This document shows, piece after piece, positions 1-12,891 of a DNA stretch of 64,000 nt (the stretch's first letter is position 1; each line of letters starts with the position of its first letter). This stretch comes from Enoplolaimus lenunculus (taxonomy: Eukaryota). The translations under genes and the position numbers were made by a program. Below the pieces are notes generated by a model. It was not told the DNA's origin. It saw only the letters and a program-made list of their open reading frames with translations, and did not search any database. Where the stretch lies: the NCBI GenBank assembly GCA_030248215.1, contig JASANG010001107.1, positions 248,001-312,000 on the forward strand. Reading direction: 5' to 3'.

Positions 1-172
1 TGGAGCAAGCAAATTGCCTTCGTGAAGCCTAACTATGTATTATTAATTAACTAGAATAATGATATAACCACTGTTGACGACTGTAAGGCAACACAAACGA
101 ATATTCGTTACAAAACCTCGCGTCCGAAACACGACCACGAAAACTTACTATTCATCATCAAACAAAACTTAC

Positions 173-3100
173 AGTATACTTTAGCGAATGATACAGCTTC
201 CGTGACTGCGTCTGCATCAGTTTTATTTACAGTACAGTTGCACATGTAAACACCACCTTCAACTCGATTAGGGTAATGAATATGCAAAGAGCCATTTGAA
301 TGAACTGTAATCTAAAGATTAAAAATAAATATAACGGAACAAGAACATTAGCCCAATTTCATCGATATGTTAGCGTTTTCCAACAATGATTGCGAGAATG
401 CGATAAACAATATACCCAAAACGTAGCTTTCGAAACTATAAACATTTTAATTTGTAATAGGCCAAAATCCTATTGCACCAATTGCACGTGGAAACCTGAA
501 TTTTTCGTCCGAATGTTAAAACAGGTTTGCTCTACATTGTAAAAACATTTCTGTGTTTTGTTTCTACATCCATCTTAATATTACAACACAACATTGTAGC
601 GCCAACTTCTTACTCGCTTGTTATCTTCATCTATCGGCTCTTGATCACGAGTCCAGCTACAGTGGTTGATTGTGTAACCTTTTTTAGCAATGCAATCGAT
701 TTCCAAATCAGTCTCATTCGTCAGCTGTCCTTCGTTTTCATAATTAATCCAATCGAATAATACACGTGCGGATACTAGATCGGAACTGGCTAAAACAAAG
801 TCAATATATACGTAACTAGTCAATAATGAATATACTAATACATTTGCTCTCAGTGCAAAACAAATATTCTGTTTAGAAACCTTCGCCCGTAGATAGATGC
901 ACAGTATTGACAGTGAAAATATTATATTATGTACTACTGACTGCCAAAATTCGGTCTCATGCCGTTGCATCCATAAATCACTGTCAAGTTGTAGTTCTTA
1001 ACCATTTAGCAAGCTCTAAAAAGCGAACAAATTTACTTACAAACAATGGTTTGGAAAACAAAATGCCATAGCTTAGCCCTGAAATTACCTGCACCATTGC
1101 TGATGTTCAGTTATATATTGCACGATGCCTAGCTCGTGGTACGTTGTATAATGTATAATATGTCGTATAGTTGTACCAAATTAATACTTACATCTAACAA
1201 TTATACCCACTTCAGCCACATCGATATCTGACGCCTGAGTTGATCGGCACGTATAACTGCCCGAGTCTGAACTTCCTTCAGCTGTGAATTCCAAATCAAG
1301 GGTGTTTGGTGTCAGTTGGCTATAAATGCATTTGCCATAATCAGTTGTACCACAAATCCGCGCATTATCACGGCGCCATTCAAGAGTTGCATCTGTACTC
1401 TTTCCAACATGCGTGCACGTTAGGTGTACATTTTCGCGATCTACAAGAATATTACTAGGGATGCAGATAGGATGAACAAATGCTTGGCACAATTTCGGCG
1501 TGGAGATAGACAGACACGAATAAGAAGTATAGTAGAGCGGGAAAACCCCGCTCAGTTTTCGGGCATAATATATACTTTCATAACTTGTGCTAAATTGAAA
1601 CGATTGATTCTCATATTCACATTGGCTTGCATGGACTATTTCAGACACACCAATTTGTATTAATGTTTTGTCAAATGTTTTTACGCACGGTTCCGTTTTG
1701 AAACCTTAAAAATTCGTATATGGGCAAAATACCAAAAATTCTGATGAGTTACCCTATCAAACGTTGTGTTAAAAATGAGTTATATTATGTTTATCTGCAT
1801 TGAAGGACGTATGATAATACACGCGACTATCCAACGGAACACTGCATAGGCAGGTTTTCACAGCACAACCTTAATTTTCCTACTGTGGTCGCGCGTGATG
1901 GAAAAAACCCACTTAGTGACCTTATCTGTCCGGCTGAATAACAAATCATAAACGGTCATGCAGCGTTCACAATATAATTTACGCTGTGCCACCGGGAACG
2001 GCATGTGGCAGGGTTTGAAGTCAGATTTTGTGTGAAAAACGTTATGCATATTTGGTGTTTTGACAATTTAGAAAACCATCAAAAACGACATGAGTTATTT
2101 TGGCGCCAGTGGGTTCTTCGATTTGGCTTTTCTCGTTGAGACTTTTCGCAATTTCTCAGCCGGGCCAAAGCATAATTATTGCTCCGGGCCAAAGCATAAT
2201 TATTGCTCTGCTAAACCAGTCTTTTTGTTTGACATAGAGATCATTACCAGGGTGCGACCGGATCTCAAATAAACCGGATACCGGAACCGGATCCGGTTAG
2301 TGATTTTTTACCGGACCGGATGTTAACCGGATAATGTGTTTTTTAAATAAATCAATTTTTAGCACGTTAATGCGTCAGTAAATGTTAATTTATCTTTAGA
2401 AAACGGAATATTGCGTTTATATAAAGAGCGTGTTCTAATACTTTAACATAATTGTGTGAAGCTGCAAATAATTGGTTTCTATAACAAAATCCGAATCGTT
2501 AATCTTTTCTCGTACCAGTTAAGAAAACTCACCGAAATATAACAGCAAAATTCTGTTATCTTACAAATTCCCACCCTATAATCGCCACGTTACTAGCCAA
2601 ACCATGTTCGGACAATAAAAGTATGGTCAAATACCTTATCGGTTCTGTTGGACCACTGTATACTTACATGTATGACTGAAAACATAACATCTCACACCAT
2701 AATTTGCAATAATTTGAGATTTACGAAATCATCACCGAAACCCGGTTTCCGAACCGGATACCGGAACCGGATGTGGGTTTTTGCCGGGCAGTAAACCGAG
2801 CCGGATATCCAGTTGCACCCTGATCATTACTGTAGCTAACTTTACTGCAACGTTGTAACAGTTCAAATTTTTTCACACAAATTTAGGTTTTTCCAGCCGC
2901 ACTAAAGTGAAATGTGTATAACTTTAGATGCTTAATGCTTTAAAAACCAATTTAAAAGTCTGTAGTTTGCACCAAAATGCACAGAGCTCACTGTTTGAAA
3001 AAGTGCGTTTTTTGAAAAAACAGTGCGCGTAAGACAAAAACACTGTTGAATATTTCGTAAAACACTGACCAAACGTATTTCAACTATATGTTATCGCAAA

Positions 3101-3940
3101 CATCTGCCAAATGAACAAGATCCAGTTTACATCTTGACCATCAAAATCTACGAATATATATAAAACTAACCTGTTACATAAATATATCCACCTCGTATTT
3201 CATGCTGGTTTGAATCGTCCGATACCGTTATCTCCAAAAAAGTGTCACCACTTGGTTCTTCGTTTTCGGAACCGTTTGCTTCGAAGCGAAAAAGTGCTTA
3301 AAAAGAAAATGCTGTAATAAGAAACCCCAATAATGTCAGCTAAAATAATTCATAAAAGTTCGAATCTGATTAATATCCTTCGTAAGTTTTGTTTCAAGAA
3401 ACTAAATAGCTTCATAAAAATCCGGCTTTGAAATCTGCAGAAATGCGTACGAACGTCAAATTATAGCATTTGTTTTTAAGTGATTAAGACAAATTGCCTG
3501 ATGAGAAAATAACGTAATTATAATAACACGTAGGTCTATTTTAAATTGAAGTTCGACTTATGAAAGCTACTTCCCAGGGTTCCTTCCAACAGGAACAGGA
3601 ATTGAATTTCTTTGCAGGAACCGGAACATGAATAGGAACCGGAATTTGAAATAATTTTCATCACCAAAAAACTTTACCAAAAATGTCAGCAAATTTTGAG
3701 CTATTCCACAATCAAGTTTTGCGAAAACACATCAGAAACAGTTTGTCAAAAAGTGAACTAAATGCAAAAACAATGATTTCGAAATGTCAATTTTTCAAAG
3801 ACAAAGTTTCGAATATTTACATAATTGATTATGAATAATTTGACACAAAACCGTAAAGGAATTGAATTAATACAGGAATTCTGGTAGGACATACCTGTAT
3901 ACACAAGCACCATAAGTGCCAAAGATGTGTAGCAATGCAT
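173..3940 (-). CDS. Secreted/cell-surface immunoglobulin-superfamily protein, 5' part (continues left of the window). Exons ~3895-3940, 3171-3296, 1192-1440, 614-789, 173-311
   Basis: Exon 1 MHCYTSLALMVLVYT is a hydrophobic signal peptide followed by a GTATGT donor. Phase-compatible GT-AG exons encode two Ig folds: VHLTC..LEWRR..DSGSYTCR and LEIDC..CSWTRD..NGSLHI..GGVYMCNC. The last visible exon ends in a GTAAGT donor with no stop. Confidence 0.8.
2248..2822. mobile_element. hAT-type MITE (CAGGGTGC(A/G)ACCGG TIR family)
   Basis: TIRs cagggtgcgaccgg ... ccagttgcaccctg, CCGGAW subterminal repeats, and a perfect 8-bp TSD ATCATTAC (2240-2247, 2823-2830). Confidence 0.85.
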
Positions 3941-4473
3941 CCGAGAAGCAAAAGGTTCAGTGAACTGCAAGTAGATAGAAACTTTTGATCAAAACATCAA
4001 CGTTGTGTACAGTCGCTAACGCAACTTAATATACTGTTTAATAGTGCTACTGCTAAGTAGAACGGTTTAACACAACCTTCAAAGTATATTAGACAGCATT
4101 AGCTGTAGTTCAAAGCCGCGCAGAACAGGGTGGTAAACAGTATTAGTTGTGGTGAAACCCAGTATTTCTACATATGCCATACAATTCGTCTCGGTATAAA
4201 CAATCTTATGGTAAAATGCAATCACTAGCTATAAAGTTAAGGTTTTTCAGATGGGATAAGAGAAGATGTTTATTGAGAACCTATCATATATTACGAAATG
4301 ACAATCCCCCACCGCCTCCCTACCCATCTTCGTTCAAATGGTCCAAGGACGGCGCTCAAACTGACTGATCGCAAAACAAATACATAAATATATGAAAGTT
4401 ACTACAATAAACAAACAATGATGAATAGTGGTAAACTTCATACTTCATCGAGGTATCGATGGAACTTCAATAA

Positions 4474-4749
4474 AGATGTGCCGATATCAAAATTTTTGCC
4501 GATGCCGATACAGATTCTTACTTTGAAATTTTGCCGATGCCGAACCGATGCCGATTCCAACTTTAGTACACCGTGCTTAATAAACAGATAGGATACTACA
4601 TTACATCATTATATGAAAACTTATATAAACCCTAACCATCATAAACGATTATAACTTGAGACAAACGGTTCATTTCAATTAATTTTTTCAAACACGTGCA
4701 GTTTATTATCGAAGCCATCACAGATGCCGATTTAATCGGCGCATCCCTG
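4474..4749. mobile_element. Degenerate MITE with GCCGAT subterminal repeats (hAT-like)
   Basis: Inverted ends gatgtgccgat ... atcggcgcatccctg and internal gccgat repeats. No clear TSD. Confidence 0.45.
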
Positions 4750-7700
4750 AATTTTAACCTTCTTTTTACGAACTCTCAGCCAATGAGACTTCGAAATCTG
4801 CCCCAAGAAAATTACGGAATGACCCCTGAAAACTTTGGTCCATCTAAACATCAGGGATGAGACATTTTTCTGTGAGGCTGCAATAGAGTAGAACGGAATA
4901 GCTTAAAGACTATTTTGCATCACGAACGTGAATTCCGACAATAATTGTGTTCTGTATGTTTCTATGTAAAATATTTGCCGGAGGTTCCGACAATTTTGCT
5001 AGCGGCAATAGATGGACACCAGAAAACAAATTTATATAAACAACTTTTTAAATACATAAAAATCAGAAAATTAACTCTTGAATATAAGACAACTATTTCT
5101 TGAAAGGAATAAATTCATGTCTTATGAAGTGGCAACAATAATTTTTCGAATATAAAACATTTATGTTTCAGCCGCTTAAACCCGAATTTCTGAGCTGTTT
5201 AAAGCTATCAATTCGTAAAATACCATACATTTATATCTTGAAAATTTAAGAAAGTAGGATTCTTGAAATCTCAAGACAATAGCAATGTAACAATCAAACA
5301 TATTTCTAACTTTAAACCTTCTCATCGTAATAAACACAAGTCTAAATAAATCAAAGCTTAAGCCTAAGCCCAAGCACAAAAATTAGTCTAAAATTTAAGC
5401 CTACTCTATTACGGTCTAGTGAGAAAGCAGATGGGTTGATGTTTGTACAATTTAGCGTAAGTATATTTCAACGTGGTTCATTATTCTCGAAAGTAAAACG
5501 ACTTATGTATATATCGTACGAGGGAAAGCTGACATTCGATAGAATCTCTGTTGCAATGGTCTGAACCAGACGGGACAAACCAAACCAACTCAATTTAAGG
5601 TGGCTAATGGAAGTATATTTAGTCAGTATCAATCTTCTAAACCGAATACCAAGCACTATTGAAGCACAATTGCATAATAAATAACTATTTTTAGAATTGT
5701 AATGTTTTACGCTTATATCAACCAGCTTGTGGGTGAGGGTACTTCCTTTAGAACAACAAGTTAAAACAAGTGCTTAGAAAAGGAAATTGAGGTTCGGAAA
5801 CCCAAAAGACGCAAAATCCAGTTTCAGATATCCGAGATAGAAAATTTAATTTCGGATATTCGGATATATCCGGATTAATACCCGGCACAATTTGGCGAAT
5901 ATCCAAATATGAAAAAATACCTGATGCCCATCACTGTAGGTGGCTGTGCCACTCCTAAATATATTTCAAACTAAAAACTAAAATAAAACTAAATTCAAAT
6001 CCTAAACCACACCTTAAGGGAGTCCCCGGCTCCGCCTAGTCTCTCTTAGAACCTGAGTTAGGCTTAGGCGTCGCTAAACGGCGTAGGAAATTTGTAAATC
6101 TATGCATGGCGGCTGCGTCCGCAAGGTATCAGTACTCAGGGGCCCTGCGTGGCCGTTAAATATATGTTTGTTAGGCTTAGCGCGCCAAATGTCTTAGCTA
6201 GGGGTTTGGGGGGTAATATATGTTGTTGTTGTTGTTGTATGTGTTGTTCCAACGGCGGATATGTGTGTCCTAAGGTGCTCGAGACACCCGGGACGCACAG
6301 AAATATGGGGTAGCCAGCCTCCATAATCATTCTGATAATTTTCAAGTTACGTTATGCGGCGCATTTCTTTAACAGCTTTTACCTAGCGGCGGTTTTGGCG
6401 ATTATTGTTATTCTTGTTTGGAGTTGAATTGCATAGGCGAATCGGGTGACTTAGGCGAAGCAGGCTTTAATTGGATTATGTCACGGTAGCTCTAATGTGA
6501 GTCTACGGTGAGAAACCGGCAGGAGTTCAGCAATAAAAGCGCATAGCGCGGAGCCTTCGGGCAGTACCAGGGGAATTCGGGGTTTACTTGGGGAATGTTA
6601 TAAGGGGATTCTTGGGGATACTTGGGAGTTGAAATGGAGTTGTCGATTCTAGCGGGGCTAGTCTCGACGGTATTACTTGGGGTTTTGTACGGTTATTTGG
6701 AGTTACGGAGAACTTGGGTTGTCACGTTGAGTTTGCATTTGTTTTGTACGGTGTGAGCTTGTGACTTAGTGGAATAACAGGGTTAAGAGTATCGTAGTTG
6801 ACGTGCGGAAAGCACTTAAACAAAGGAACTTTCGGCACCTTCGGAGAATAATAAGGTCGGCAGTTAAGCTTTATACTTGTCTAGTCATACTTGTGCTTTA
6901 CTCGTATAGCTTTATCACGGTGCTGGGGGGAATAAAAGGGAAAACGACTGCATTTACCGAATCAGAGCGATATAAGCGTCATTGGAAACGGACCTGAAAC
7001 GCGGAGACGCGGAGTTGGTGGTTTCACGGAGCACTCGAAATCACGAACTATTCACAATCACTAGTAGTGACTAGTGGATGATTTTTATTTGTCAAAAGTT
7101 CAGTCATTAAGTGAGTGTATAAATTTTATATACTGTGAACAATTTTTATATCTCAGTACAGCTGAGAGTTATATGCATGAGGAAATTGATGTTAGGGCAC
7201 AAAAAAATTAAAAGTTTGCCATGTGCTTTTATAAAAACACGTACTGTTTACGCTCACATGGCTCGGAAGACAGTTTGCCTCCGGCCCCGCCAGAAATTCC
7301 ACATCCGGCTCCGCAGAAATGACTGAATTTTTACATAGTTTGTTTGTTGCGTTTTATTTTAACTTTTGGTACAATGTTAAGAAAAAAAATCGCCGAGATT
7401 ACACAAAATCATGAACAGTAAAACCACAAGATTTACCACCTTACAGGTAATTGCAATAATTAGCAAAATAAACATCATTTAACTACCTAATTTCGCGTTA
7501 CCTCCGGCTCCGGCAAATTTTGTTTACCTCCTGCTCCGGCTAATTTTGTTGGCGTTCGGCTCCGGTAAGTTTTGTTCACGTCCTGGCTCCGGTATTTTGC
7601 ACCTCCTGTTGCACACTGAATTACACACGTACATACGGACGTTTGAAGTTCTCCCTCATTTCGAACGGGAAAATTTCCCAGCTACTACTAACAGAGCACT

Positions 7701-8239
7701 TAGTGATCAGCATGTCGTAACAGTTCTCATTTGTCATTTAAGCTATGATTCATGTTCCTTTAATGATAAAATGTCAAACACGAATTTCCGGCATCTTGGG
7801 CAAACATCTACATGCGGTTTGCTTTGGATATCCGGTTACACCATTACAACTACTATCATTAATAAATCCCAATCTGAAGCAACCTTCTACCGAATATGAA
7901 AACATTACAAACGAAATCAGAAACAAAAACGACGAACCTTTGTAGCCAGAACGGTTAGTGCCATCATACACACTGCTTATGTGCTGGTTACAACCGGACG
8001 TCTATCTCCGGCACTAGTGCAATTTTCTCCGTATGTTCCGGTAATTTCATATAAAAATTTCTTCGTATTAACTTTCGACGTTTCGAGAAATTTTTGAAGC
8101 TATAATTGCCAAGATTTCTCAGAGGGAAGTTTGAAACAAATTTTGGCCATGTATAGATCAGGGGCTTCCACTTTTCCAGGGTGGAAAACTTACGACCAGG
8201 AGTGCATCGCAGCCACTCCTGTATGACGACCTGATTTTT

Positions 8240-8870
8240 CAATGGTTGGTAGGAAAAATCGCGGGCATAGGTTTTGCTGTGGAAAAGTGGAAAATTCATA
8301 AGCCTGCATATTCCCTGGTTCGGTAGGGAAAATCTGTAGCGTAAAGTTTGTTTGGAAAACGGGAAAAGTGGAAAATTTAAAAGCTTACATTATTCCTGGG
8401 TTGGTAGGGAAAATTTGAAGCATAGGTTTTTGTTGGAAAACGGGAAAAGTGGAAAATTTAAACGCTTTGATTTTCCCTTGGTTGGTAGGGAAAATCTGTA
8501 GTGTAAAAGTTTGTTTGGAAAACGGGAAAAGTGGAAATTTTAAAAGCTTACATTATTCCTGGGTTGGTAGGGAAAATATGCGGCATAGGTTTTGGTTGGA
8601 AAACGGGAAAAGTGGAAAATTTAAACGCCTAGATTTTCCCTTGGTTGGTAGGGAAAATCTGAAGCATAGGTTTTGGTTGGAAAACGGGAAAAGTGGAAAA
8701 TTTAAACGCCTAAATTTACCCTGGGTTGGTAGGAAAATTCTGAAGCATTGGTTTTGTTTGTAAAACAGGAAAAGTGGAAAATTTCTACGTCTAGATTTCC
8801 CCTTGGTTGGAAGGGAAAATCTAAAGCATAGGTTTTGTTTGGAAAATAGGAAAAGTAGAAAATTCCAATG
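8240..8870 (+). repeat. 81-bp tandem satellite, ~8 copies (left arm)
   Basis: Unit ~ggttggtagggaaaatctgaagcataggttttggttggaaaacgggaaaagtggaaaatttaaa.... The spurious ORF here has a 27-aa period. Confidence 0.95.
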
Positions 8871-9382
8871 GAATGATTTAAAAACACATAGCAGATATTT
8901 GCTAAAATTAACAAGTTAAATATCATTTCAACGACCTGATTTCACCTCACCTGCGGCATCATCTCCGGTTCCGGCTACTTTTGTTCACTTCCGGCTCCGG
9001 ATCTGGCATTTTTCACCTCCGGTTGCATCCTACAAACTAACAGGCAATATATTTCGACACTGGTCAAAACAAGAAACCGCGGAGCGGAACAGTGCAATGA
9101 ACAAAATCTACTTTGCACAGTTAAACCTAAACGAGCAGAGGATTTACCCGAAATAATACATGACTATTAAATATATCAGATTATGATAGTCCCAGCACAA
9201 GATTGGTCAAAACAAGATACCACCGAGTGGCCCAGTATTATCAGAACATGTCTGCTAACAAAGTCGATGCTTTGAGTGACGCCTTAAGGTTGTAAAAAAG
9301 TTTTAATTCGTTTTAAAGACGTTGTTGGCTAATGGCCGGAAAGCCGAGGGAACATAAATATATCAAATTTGGTCGTCGCTGA

Positions 9383-12160
9383 CTTCCAACCCAAGGTAAA
9401 TTTAGGCGTTTAAATTTTCTACTTTTCCCATTTTTCAACCAAAACCTATGCTTCAGATTTTCTTTACCAAGCCAGGGTAAGTCTAGGCATTGAAATTTTC
9501 CACTTTTCCCGTTTTCCAACCAAAACCTATGCTTCAGATTTTCCCTACCAACTTAAGGTAAATCTAGGTCTTTAAATTTTCCACTTTCCCCATTTTCCAA
9601 CCAAAACCTATGCTTCAGATTTTCCCTACCAACCGAAGGTAAATCTAGGTGTTAAAATTTTCCACTTTTCCCGTTTTCCAACCAAAACCTATGCTTCAGA
9701 TTTTCCCTACCAACCTAAGGTAAATCTAGGCCTTTAAATTTTTCACTTTTCCCGTTTTCCAACCAAAACCTAAGCTTCAGATTTTCCCTACCAACCTAAG
9801 CTAAATCTAGGCCTTTAAATTTTCCACTTTTCCCGTTTTCCAACCAAAACCTATGCTTCAGATTTTCCCTACCAACCTAAGGTAAATCTAGGTCTTTAAA
9901 TTTTCCACTTTTCCCATTTTCCAACCAAAACCTATGCTTCATATTTTCCCTACCAAGCCAGGGTAAATCTAAGCATTAACATTTTCCACTTTTCCCGTTT
10001 TCCAACCAAAACCTATGCTTCTGATTTTCCCTACCAACCCAAAGGTAAACATTTAGGCATTAAAATTTTCCACTTTTCCCATTTTCCAGCTAAAACCAAT
10101 GCTTCAGATTTTCCCTACCAACCCAGGGTAAAATCTAGGCATTTCAATTTTCCACTTTCCCGTTTTCCAACCAAAACCTATGCCTTACGCTTGAATTTTC
10201 CACTTTTCCCGTTTTCCAACCGAAACCTTTGCTTCAGGTTTTCCCTACCAACCCAGCGAAAAAATCTAGGCATTAGAATTTTTCACTTTTCCCGGTTTCC
10301 AACCGAAACCTTTGCTTCAGGTTTTCCTACCAACCCAGGATAAAAATCTAGGCATTGGAATATTCCACTTTTCCCGTTTTCCAATCAAAACCTATGCTTC
10401 AGATTTTCCCTACCAACCCAGCGAAAAAATCCAGGCATTAGAATTTTCCACTTTTCCCGTTTTCCAACCAAAACCTATGCTTCAGATTTTCCTTACCAAC
10501 CCAGGGGGAAAATCTAGGCATTAGAATTTTCCACTTTTCCCGTTTTCCAACCAAAACCTATGCGCTACGCTTGAATTTTCCACTTTTCCACTTTTCCCGT
10601 TTTCTAACCATCGCTTTAGATTTCTCTTACTGACCAACAAAATATCTAGGCATTTCAATTTTCCACTTTTCCTGTTTTCCAACCAAAACCTATGCTTCAA
10701 ATTTTCCCTACCAACCCAGGGTAAAAATCTAGGCATTAGAATTTTCCACTTTTCCCGTTTTCCAACCAAAACCTAAGCTTCAGATTTTCCCTACCAACCT
10801 AAGCTAAATCTAGGCCTTTAAATTTTCCACTTTTCCCGTTTTCCAACCAAAACCTATGCTTCAGATTTTCCCTACCAACCTAAGGTAAATCTAGGTCTTT
10901 AAATTTTCCACTTTTCCCATTTTCCAACCAAAACCTATGCTTCATATTTTCCCTACCAACCTAAGGTAAATCTAGGCCTTTAAATTTTCCACTTTTCCCG
11001 TTTTCCAACCAAAGTCTATACTTCAGATTTTCCCTACCAAGCCAGGGTAAATCTAAGCATTAACATTTTCCACTTTTCCCGTTTTCCAACCAAAACCTAT
11101 GCTTCTGATTTTACCTACCAACCCAAAGGTAAACATTTAGGCATTAAAATTTTCCACTTTTCCCATTTTCCAGCTAAAACCAATGCTTCAGATTTTCCCT
11201 ACCAACCCAGGGTAAAATCTAGGCATTTCAATTTTCCACTTTCCCGTTTTCCAACCAAAACCTATGCCTTACGCTTGAATTTTCCACTTTTCCCGTTTTC
11301 CAACCGAAACCTTTGCTTCAGGTTTTCCCTACCAACCCAGCGAAAAAATCTAGGCATTAGAATTTTTCACTTTTCCCGGTTTCCAACCGAAACCTTTGCT
11401 TCAGGTTTTCCTACCAACCCAGGATAAAAATCTAGGCATTGGAATATTCCACTTTTCCCGTTTTCCAATCAAAACCTATGCTTCAGATTTTCCCTACCAA
11501 CCCAGCGAAAAAATCCAGGCATTAGAATTTTCCACTTTTCCCGTTTTCCAACCAAAACCTATGCTTCAGATTTTCCTTACCAACCCAGGGGGAAAATCTA
11601 GGCATTAGAATTTTCCACTTTTCCCGTTTTCCAACCAAAACCTATGCGCTACGCTTGAATTTTCCACTTTTCCCGTTTTCTAACCATCGCTTTAGATTTC
11701 TCTTACTGACCAACAAAATATCTAGGCATTTCAATTTTCCACTTTTCCTGTTTTCCAACCAAAACCTATGCTTCAAATTTTCCCTACCAACCCAGGGTAA
11801 AAATCTAGGCATTAGAATTTTCCACTTTTCCCGTTTTCCAACCAAAACCTGTGCTTCAGATTTTCCCTACCAACCCAGAATAAAAATCTAGGCATTAGAA
11901 TTTTCCACTTTTCCCGTTTTCCAACAAAACCTGTGCTTCAGATTTTCTCTACCAACCCAGAATAAAAATCTAGGCATTAGAATTTTCCACTTTTCCCGTT
12001 TTCCAACCAAAACCTATGCTTCAGATTTTCCCTACCAACCCAGGGGAAAATCTAGGCATTCGAATTTTCCACTTTTCCCGTTTTTCAACCAAAACCTATG
12101 CTTCAGATTTCCCTACCAACCCAGGGTAAAATATAGGCATTAATAATTTCCCTACCAAAT
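9383..12160 (-). repeat. 81-bp tandem satellite, roughly 34 copies (right arm), with a ~1.0-1.1 kb higher-order duplication
   Basis: Reverse complement of the left-arm unit. Diagnostic variants recur at offsets of 1003 and 1084 bp, and identical spurious ORFs start at 10312 and 11396. Confidence 0.95.
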
Positions 12161-12891
12161 CAGCGGAAAATTTAGCCGTCATACAGGAGTGGCTGCGCTG
12201 CACTCCTGGTTATAAGTTTTCCACCGTGGAAAACTGGAAGCTCCCTGTGCTATACATTGGCCCAAATTTTTGACATTGAGGATCATTTTTTAAACAACCA
12301 ATCTTACTTTTAGGTCCGTAACAGTAGATTAAGCGTATTCCTTCCTAAGCCTAAGCAAAAACTGTACTCTAGAATGTAAGCCCACTCTTTTAGAGACCCA
12401 CCAGAAACCGCAACGGCCACAAAAGTAACATGGGCCGTTAAAACTAGCAAAGCCAACATCATCATTACCTATTTTTGTTTCATTCCGGCTCCAAAACGGC
12501 TCCGGTTAACCCCTGCGTTTCCGTATTTTTCTTCAACCATTTAGAGCATGCATTAATTTGCAGCCAGAATTATTGAAATGCTATCCAGTGATATAGTAAC
12601 TTAACATTGCTTCCGATCTGCTCCAAAACAAAAACTACGACCTACATATCTGTTTCAAAACAAAACTAATTGTTAAAATCTTTAAATTTAATTCAAAACA
12701 ATAAACGGAAGTGCGAAATGCTGTATATAAAACAGGAAACGACACGTAATCAATAACTGTGAAAATCATCAAACCACAAAACCGCAAAATCATGAAAACC
12801 ATATTCGTTCAAATCTTAAGCGTGTGTTCACAAAAGATTCAGTTTCACTCAAGAATATCGAACATGAGAGAAGCGATTGCGTTTCATTCAA

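Larger units (their letters stand above)
8138..12271. mobile_element. Foldback-like inverted structure: two arms with a shared ~110-bp head and oppositely oriented 81-bp tandem arrays around a ~500-bp spacer
   Basis: 8138-8250 is the near reverse complement of 12160-12271, including the hairpins CAGGAGTG..CACTCCTG and AGTTTTCCAC-C-GTGGAAAACT. The two arrays are on opposite strands. Confidence 0.7.

Noticed and set aside
2161..2208. Two-copy ~24-bp tandem repeat (cgggccaaagcataattattgct)
   Set aside because: Ordinary local slippage duplication in an intron.
8240..12160. Regular array resembling CRISPR, and repetitive ORFs (LENGKSGKFK...)
   Set aside because: Units are contiguous 81-bp monomers with no unique spacers, there are no cas genes, and the context is eukaryotic. 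The ORFs arise from the unit length being a multiple of 3.
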